A DNA stretch of 64,000 nucleotides from an uncultured Phycisphaerales bacterium (lineage in GTDB: Bacteria > Planctomycetota > Phycisphaerae > Tepidisphaerales > Tepidisphaeraceae): the NCBI GenBank assembly GCA_963755915.1, contig CAVWLP010000002.1, forward strand, positions 160,001 to 224,000, given 5' to 3'. Within the stretch, counting starts at the first letter, position 1. Every line of letters begins with the position of its first letter. This document shows, piece by piece, positions 55,646 through 64,000 of this stretch. The position numbers and the translations under genes are program-made. The notes under the pieces were generated by a model. It did no database searches. It was not told where the DNA came from and was given only the letters and a program-made list of their open reading frames with translations.

Positions 55646-55774
55646 AAGCGACTCCTTTTTCCTCTACAGCAAGTATTGGCCGACGGGCTCGACCTTTAAA
55701 TCAGGGAAGCCCCGGCTTTGGGAATAGGAGAATTTGCTTATGCTTTGCATGTGGGTGTCTCTAAGAAGCAGGCA

Positions 55775-55940
55775 TTATGCTTTAATCAGGCCTATAAACT
55801 GCGACAGTCCGCATGCGGCTATCATGGCGCCGCCAATACGAATCCACTGCTTTGTTTGATGCGAATCGTTGAGTTGAGAGGCCCAGGGCGATGCCGATGC
55901 CATCGAGAATTGCGGTGGCGCAAATGAAGTCAATCGCGTA
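55775..55940 (-). pseudogene. 3' remnant of a HupE/UreJ-like nickel transporter fused to hypA
   Basis: YAIDFICATAILDGIGIALGLSTQRF, then after a shift QWIRIGGAMIAACGL; resembles the HupE/UreJ C-terminus GFxxATAxLHxxG. Confidence 0.55.
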
Positions 55941-56270
55941 GTCGACTTCGATGGACACTAATCGCAATTCATCGTCGCCTGCCAGTCGAATCCGATCCGA
56001 TCCACAGGCGCAGCGACTATCCAGTTCCGAAGTTGTCCATTGCCTTCCGCAGGCCCTGCATTGCATTTCCCAGGGCAGCGTCGTCAGTTGAAGTGCGACA
56101 CTCATCGACCCTTGTTCCTGCATGACGGCATTCCAGGCCCACTGCATCGAATGCGGTTCGATAGCTCGCATGGCCGCGGTCCGGATATGGACGCGTCGCA
56201 ATACCGCACCAGCCGGCACATGTTGCCGGGCTAAGTCCCATATCGCGATTGCTATTGACAGCTCATGCAT
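55782..56270 (-). CDS. hypA: Hydrogenase nickel chaperone HypA with aberrant ~50-aa C-terminal extension
   Basis: MHELSIA, CRAC, CACGS, GDDELRLVSIEVD. Confidence 0.88.
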   Translation of the reverse strand: MHELSIAIAIWDLARQHVPAGAVLRRVHIRTAAMRAIEPHSMQWAWNAVMQEQGSMSVALQLTTLPWEMQCRACGRQWTTSELDSRCACGSDRIRLAGDDELRLVSIEVDYAIDFICATAILDGIGIALGLSTQRFASNKAVDSYWRRHDSRMRTVAVYRPD

Positions 56271-56754
56271 GACACGCCCCTTGTTTTCGCAAGAACCGAA
56301 CGGTTATGTTCGCGACATCGTGCACGACTTCACGCAACGCGACTCGAACGGGGGACGATAATTTGCATCCGAAAGAGAAATCTGATCCACCGACGCTGAA
56401 GAGAATTGCGCGGGGGGAGCAATGATAAAGGTCGCGTGCCAGGCGAAGTATTTCGTCGGGGGTTTGATGATGTCCGATCGTTTTGTTGCGGCTTTTGCGG
56501 TGGCGAATGATGCGCTTCTTCACCTTGCCTGGGGCAAGTTGAAAATCGGCATCGATAAAAATGACAAGATCCGCGCGGCTAACACTCTCTGCCAATTCTG
56601 GTAGCAATTGGGGTAGCGTGAGCACCGAGGCGAAATCGGGCGGCAATTGATCTTTAAGTCGGCGCGCGGCAGCCCAGCCGACGCCATCGTCACGCCGGAG
56701 AATGTTGCCGTACCCAAGGATGAGCACGGGAGGATCATTCTCGCCGAAGCTCAT
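56263..56754 (-). CDS. hoxW: Hydrogenase maturation protease
   Basis: GYGNILRRDDGVG, QLLPELAE, FIDA, GHH; follows hoxH. Confidence 0.88.
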   Translation of the reverse strand: MSFGENDPPVLILGYGNILRRDDGVGWAAARRLKDQLPPDFASVLTLPQLLPELAESVSRADLVIFIDADFQLAPGKVKKRIIRHRKSRNKTIGHHQTPDEILRLARDLYHCSPRAILFSVGGSDFSFGCKLSSPVRVALREVVHDVANITVRFLRKQGACHA

Positions 56755-58157
56755 GGACAACCTTGCCGCTTGAATTAAGGAGTTCGATATGCAGCGGCAT
56801 CTGCCCCAAGGCGTGCGTCGAGCACGAGAGACACGGATCGAAGCACCGTATCGTCGCCTCCACCCGGTTCAGCGCCCCTGCGAAATCTTATTGCCCGAAA
56901 CGTAGCGCTGGGCCGTCTGCAATATCCCGCGGTTCATCGCCAGGTTGTTATGCCCCGTCGCGATGATCAGATTCGCCCAGACGATCAAGCCGTTGTCGTC
57001 GATCCGGTAATGATGGATCAGCGTCCCACGCGGCGCCTCGGCGACCCCGACCCCTTCGCTTTGGTTCGGCCGCGCCGCGCTCGCACCTTCTTATCGAGAA
57101 TCTTCGGATCGCTCAGCAGTTGCTGCATGATCTCAAACGCAAAAATGATTTCGATCAGCCTGGCATGATGATAATGAAACGAGCTCAGCACCGCCCCGCG
57201 CTGAATTTGGCGAAACTCCGCCCACTCCTGGTCGGCGATGGGCGTTCCGCAGTGGTCGATCAGGTTCAGCCGCGCCAGCGGCCCCACCCGGTAAATGCCC
57301 TGCGGGTAGCCGAGCTTCTTGAAGTAGGGGAACTTCATGAATGTATAAGGCTCCGCCGCCTCGGCGATCAACTCCATGTATTTTTTCGGGTCATGCCGAT
57401 CGACAATGATCTCCCCCTTCGAATCCACAACGCGCAGCCACCCGTCATAATGTTCCAGCCCGCCGCTGTCGGTCACCAGCCCCATGAACAGCGTCGGAAA
57501 ATTCGCAAACGCGGCCGCTTCCCCGCTGAATCCCTCCGCGATCCGCTTGTACCACGCCAGCGTGCGCGTCGCGATGTCCAGCCCTTCCGGCATCATCGCC
57601 ATCAGCTTGTCCCGGGCGGCCACGTCCAGCGGTTTATTCACCCCTCCCGCGACATCCCAAGGCGGATGAATCTTCTTGCCACCTAAAATCTCAATAACCG
57701 TCTGCCCAATCTGCCGGACGCGGATTCCATCCCGCGCCAACTGCGGATTCTCCTTGAAGACGCCAAACAGATGCCGCCCAGCCGGATCGGCATCAAACCC
57801 CATCAACAAATCCGGCGAAGACAGATGAAAAAAGCTCAGGGCATGCGATTGCACAAGCTGCGCCAGGTTCATGATCCGCCGCAGATTCGCCGCTGACTCC
57901 GGAATCTTCACCGACAGCAAATCGTCGCAAGCCTTCGCCGACGCCGTCAGATGACTCACCGGGCAAATCCCGCACGTCCGCGCCGTCAGCGACGGCATCT
58001 CCGTCATCGGCCTCCCCTCGCACAGCTTCTCAAACCCGCGGAACTGCGTCACATGAAACTTCGCATCGGTGACGTTCCCACTATCATCCAGTTGGAGCGT
58101 AATCTTCGAGTGCCCCTCGATTCGCGTCACCGGGTCAATCAAAATCTCGCGTGGCAT
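56735..58157 (-). CDS. hoxH: Bidirectional [NiFe]-hydrogenase large subunit, frameshifts near 57070 and 56875
   Basis: PVTRIEGH, RTCGICP, EAPRGTLIHHY, FDPCLSCSTH plus a cleavable tail. Confidence 0.94.
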
Positions 58158-58190
58158 AAAACCTACTTTCCCAACACTACTTTTCTAGCC

Positions 58191-58739
58191 CTACTTTCCA
58201 AATCTAGTCATCGTCTCCGGATGCGGCATCCGTCCCGCCAGCAGCTCACCCACCACATAAAAAATCGTATCTGCCGATGGTGGGCACCCCGGCACAAACA
58301 GATCCACTTTCACCACCTCATGAACCGGCCGAACCCGATCCAGCAGCACCGGCAGATTCATCGTCGGTTTCTGTTTCTGAATCTCCGTATTCTCAAAATA
58401 AGATCGCTGAAAAACCGACTCGACGGTAAACGGATTCCGCATTGCCGGCACATTCCCCGTCACAGCGCAATCCCCCAGTGAAACCAGGATTTTCGTGTGC
58501 TGCCTGATCTTCTGGATCTTCTCGATATCCTCATCCGTGCTGACCGACCCCTCCACCAGCGTCACGTCGACTTCATCAGGAAATTCCTTCTGATCCACCA
58601 GCGGGCTATAAACCAGGTCCATCAGGGGGATAAGGTCCAGCAGCCGCTGGTCGAGGTCCAGAAACGACATGTGACACCCCGAGCACCCATCGAGCCACAC
58701 CGTCGCAACTCGCGCTTTTTTGGTCGTTTCCGCGCTCAT
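58191..58739 (-). CDS. hoxY: Bidirectional hydrogenase small subunit
   Basis: [26 protein letters not shown]. Confidence 0.94.
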   Translation of the reverse strand: MSAETTKKARVATVWLDGCSGCHMSFLDLDQRLLDLIPLMDLVYSPLVDQKEFPDEVDVTLVEGSVSTDEDIEKIQKIRQHTKILVSLGDCAVTGNVPAMRNPFTVESVFQRSYFENTEIQKQKPTMNLPVLLDRVRPVHEVVKVDLFVPGCPPSADTIFYVVGELLAGRMPHPETMTRFGK

Positions 58740-59455
58740 TGGTTGTTCCCTCTCATCCGCGTGAGATACGGCAGGAAATCCTTGTCCTTCTCCATCTCCG
58801 AAACCGCCGTCCCCTTGCGCGTCAGCGCACCCGTCGGGCAAACCGCGACGCATTTGCCGCAGCTCGTGCAGGTCTGCGAATCACCCCACGGCTGGTCGAG
58901 GTCGATCACCACCCTCGACGCCACGCCGCGCCCCGCCACGTCCCACGTATGCGCTCCTTCAATCTCATCGCAAACGCGCACACATCGCGTGCACAGCACG
59001 CACCGGTTGTGATCCAGCCGGAACAGATCGTGCGACGAATCCATCTTGAGCTTTGGATACAGATATGGAATCTCAAGGTGCGTGATCCCGGTCTCGCTCG
59101 CCAGGTTCTGAAGATCGCAATGACCGTTGGAAACGCACACCGAGCAGACGTGATTCCGCTCCGAGAAAAGCATCTGCACGATCATCCGCCGATAGTTTTG
59201 CAAGCGAGGCGAATTGGTCGTGATCTCCATCCCCTCAGTCACCTTCGTCACGCATGCCGGCAGGAGCTTGTTGACTCCCTTTACCTCCACCAGGCAAAGC
59301 CGACACGCCCCCCACGTCGACAGCCCCTCCAGAAAGCAAAGCGTCGGCACCGCGACCTTATTCTGCTTGCAGACATCCAGGATCGTCTCATCAGCGCGCC
59401 CGCTGACGTCCTTGTCGTCCACCTTTAACGTCACTACCGCTGTCGCAGCGCTCAT
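58736..59455 (-). CDS. hoxU: Diaphorase Fe-S subunit
   Basis: [35 protein letters not shown]. Confidence 0.94.
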   Translation of the reverse strand: MSAATAVVTLKVDDKDVSGRADETILDVCKQNKVAVPTLCFLEGLSTWGACRLCLVEVKGVNKLLPACVTKVTEGMEITTNSPRLQNYRRMIVQMLFSERNHVCSVCVSNGHCDLQNLASETGITHLEIPYLYPKLKMDSSHDLFRLDHNRCVLCTRCVRVCDEIEGAHTWDVAGRGVASRVVIDLDQPWGDSQTCTSCGKCVAVCPTGALTRKGTAVSEMEKDKDFLPYLTRMRGNNQ

Positions 59456-61099
59456 GAGCGTATCTCCGCTAAAATGGGCAGGGGCTTGCGCGATGCATAT
59501 TCGTCCGCGCACAGAAGTTCGTCATATTCCTTGCGGAAATATCGCAGTGTCGTCAGAACCGGGTTCGGCGCTCATCCCCAGCCCGCACAAGCTCGTGTGC
59601 TTCACCATGTCGCACAACTCTTCCAGCAGCGCCACGTCCCGTGCCGTCGCCTTCTTCTCGATGATCTTCTTTAGCAGATCGTGCATCTGCACCGTCCCCA
59701 CTCGGCACGGAATGCACTTCCCACACGACTCAGTCATGCAGAATTCCATGAAAAAGCGCGCGACGTCGACCATGTTCGATGTCTCGTCCATGATGATCAT
59801 CCCCCCCGATCCCATGATCGACCCCACTTTCATCAGCGAGTCGTAATCGACCGGCATGTCCAAAAACTGTTCCGGAATGCACCCGCCCGACGGTCCGCCC
59901 GTCTGCACCGCCTTGAACTTCTTCCCATCAGGAATCCCCCCGCCCATCTCAAACACAATCTCCCGCAACGTCATCCCCATCGGCACTTCGATCAGCCCGG
60001 TGTTATTCACTTTCCCCGCCAGCGCAAAGGTCTTGGTCCCCTTGCTCTTCTCCGTTCCGATGCCGGCATACCAGTCGCCGCCGTTGCGGATGATCGGCGC
60101 GATATTCGCAAACGTCTCCACGTTGTTGATCAGCGTAGGCGCATCCCACAGCCCCGACTCTGCTGGAAACGGCGGCCTTGGCCTCGGCTGACCTCTCTGC
60201 CCGGTAATGCTGGCAATCAGCGCCGTCTCCTCCCCGCACACAAACGCTCCCGCCCCAAGTCGAATCTCAATTTTCAAACTGAGCGGCGTGCCAAAAATAT
60301 TCGCGCCCAAAACCCCCTGCCTCTCCGCCTGCCGGATCGCGACCTTCAATCGCTTCACCGCTAGCGGATATTCCGAGCGCACATAGATATATCCCTGCGT
60401 CGCCCCCACTGCATACGCCGCGATCGCCATTCCTTCCAGCACCCGATGCGGATCGCTCTCCAGCACGCTCCGATCCATGAAGGCCCCGGGATCCCCCTCA
60501 TCGGCGTTGCAGATCACATATTTCGTCGTCGATTTCGCCTTCGACACCATGCTCCACTTCAGCCCCGTCGGATATCCCGCCCCGCCCCTTCCGCGCAGAC
60601 CGCTTTTGGAAACCTGTTCGGTCACTTCCGCGGGCGTCATGGTCGTCACCGCTTTAAAAAGCCCCGCATATCCATCCGCCGCGATGTATTCCTCGATCTT
60701 CTCCGGATCGATCTCCCCCGAATTCTCCAGCACGATCTTCTTCTGCCGCTTGAAAAACGGCACATCCGTCCGGCAAACCAGCCGCTGCACCGACTTGTCC
60801 ACAGAAATCCCCCCCACAATTTCCTTCGCATCCCCCGGCTTTACACCCTGATACATCACATTCTTCGAAGAAACCGAAACCAGCGGCCCCGCCGCGCACA
60901 ATCCCATACACCCCACCCCCTTCGCCTTGCATTTCCCCTCCAGTCCCGCCGCTTTGATCTCCCCCTGCAACGATTCCAGCACCTGATCGCTCTGCGACGA
61001 CAAACACCCCGCCGCCACGCACACACGCACATGATTCGGGCACGCCTCGCGCGACTGCTTCTCCGTCTCGGCAATCTTTTCAAGCTCATCGAGCGTCAT
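59452..61099 (-). CDS. hoxF: Diaphorase flavin subunit, frameshift near 59565
   Basis: [43 protein letters not shown]. Confidence 0.94.
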
Positions 61100-61616
61100 G
61101 GCTCACCTGCTTCTCTACCCGACCAATCAGATCCGCGCTGGAGGTCTTTCCGATTACCGCCCCATCCAGCACCGCCGCCGGCGCCAGCCCGCAAGACCCC
61201 AAACACCGCGCCGTCAAAATCGAAAGCTCCCCATCCCCCGTCGTCTCCCCCGCCTTCACCTTGTACTTTGCTTCCAGCGAATCCATCAATTCAGTCGCCC
61301 CCTTGATGTAGCACGCCGTCCCTAGGCACACGACGCACGTATGCTTCCCCTGCGGCTTCAACATGAAGTGGTGATAAAACGTCGCCACCCCATACACTTT
61401 GCTCAGCGGCAGATTCAGCGACCCCGATACAAACCGCATCGCCGTCTCATCCAGATATCCAAACGATTCCTGTGCCGTGTGAAGCGTCTCGATCAGGCTG
61501 TTCCCCGCATACCCATGCCGCCTCATCGTCGCATCGACAATCTTCCACCGCTTGTCCCCCGACGGCATCGCCTGTTGTTTTGCTGGTGCGATCATGGCCT
61601 TCCCGTCACTTTCCAA
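61086..61616 (-). CDS. hoxE: Diaphorase [2Fe-2S] subunit
   Basis: [28 protein letters not shown]. Confidence 0.92.
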   Translation of the reverse strand: MESDGKAMIAPAKQQAMPSGDKRWKIVDATMRRHGYAGNSLIETLHTAQESFGYLDETAMRFVSGSLNLPLSKVYGVATFYHHFMLKPQGKHTCVVCLGTACYIKGATELMDSLEAKYKVKAGETTGDGELSILTARCLGSCGLAPAAVLDGAVIGKTSSADLIGRVEKQVSHDAR

Positions 61617-61913
61617 TAAAACCGTGATCCTCAGTTCGCGATACCATACTTTTGTAGTTGCACAATTCCAATACTTCAGCGTTCCAACAACACATCAATT
61701 CACGCTTACCTGAATCACGCTTGAACCGAATCATTGCGACGCATCCTATCGAACCGTTTATTCACTTCGCTTCAGGAAAATCCCCGCCTTTTTCTTTAAG
61801 GGTTAACACCTATGCCCAAATCATTCGCTATCCCGATATTCACGCGCCCCCGGTTAGACGACCTTATTCATGGCACTCCATCGGGAGAGCCCTGATTACG
61901 AAAGGACTGAAAT

Positions 61914-64000
<2,087 letters not shown>

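Noticed and set aside
6890-61099. About 20 frameshifts (rpe, gmhB, sdhA/B, hoxF/H, trkH, GT4 and others) as mass pseudogenisation or programmed frameshifting
   Set aside because: Those I checked are 1-2 bp losses in short homopolymer or GC dinucleotide runs, in otherwise intact genes including housekeeping ones. This is typical of long-read consensus error; short-read polishing would decide.
61617-61913. Sigma-54, Rex or FNR sites in the hox-nifJ intergenic region
   Set aside because: Only half-matches (TGGCAC without TTGC; TTCAC half-sites); no full consensus.

Overview
GC-rich bacterial chromosome segment, most likely from a planctomycete of the Phycisphaerae/Tepidisphaerales type. This is an inference from an ECF sigma plus Ser/Thr kinase pair, a giant ECF sigma with an extracytoplasmic extension, PEP-CTERM, prepilin/H-X9-DG and LEPR-XLL proteins, and PATRP/TTQP linkers. 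About 20 genes, including housekeeping ones, carry isolated 1-2 bp frameshifts, many in short homopolymer or dinucleotide runs. These look like long-read consensus errors rather than true pseudogenes. Layout: (1-1.75 kb) SWIM-finger DDE transposase interrupted at its first catalytic Asp by a 96-bp MITE; (1.8-6.6 kb) ECF sigma plus a kinase-WD40 gene whose central 2.9 kb is precisely inverted; HAF-repeat PEP-CTERM protein; 1296-aa ECF sigma; core genes (trkH/ktrB, hisI, pgk, rpe, accD, glycosyltransferases, gmhB, redoxin/DsbD-N, tlyA-like); an accessory hydrolase/oxidoreductase cassette with a deletion scar, a 187-bp palindromic MITE and an 8-bp VNTR; a hybrid histidine kinase, a ParE-type TA pair and an Sdh1-type succinate dehydrogenase operon; and hoxEFUYH-hoxW-hypA(...)hypFCDE transcribed divergently from a PFOR (nifJ) that runs off the window. 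hypB is missing from the cluster, and hypA is fused to an apparent HupE/UreJ remnant. I saw no rRNA, tRNA or CRISPR array. All family calls come from motif recognition by eye, not database searches.
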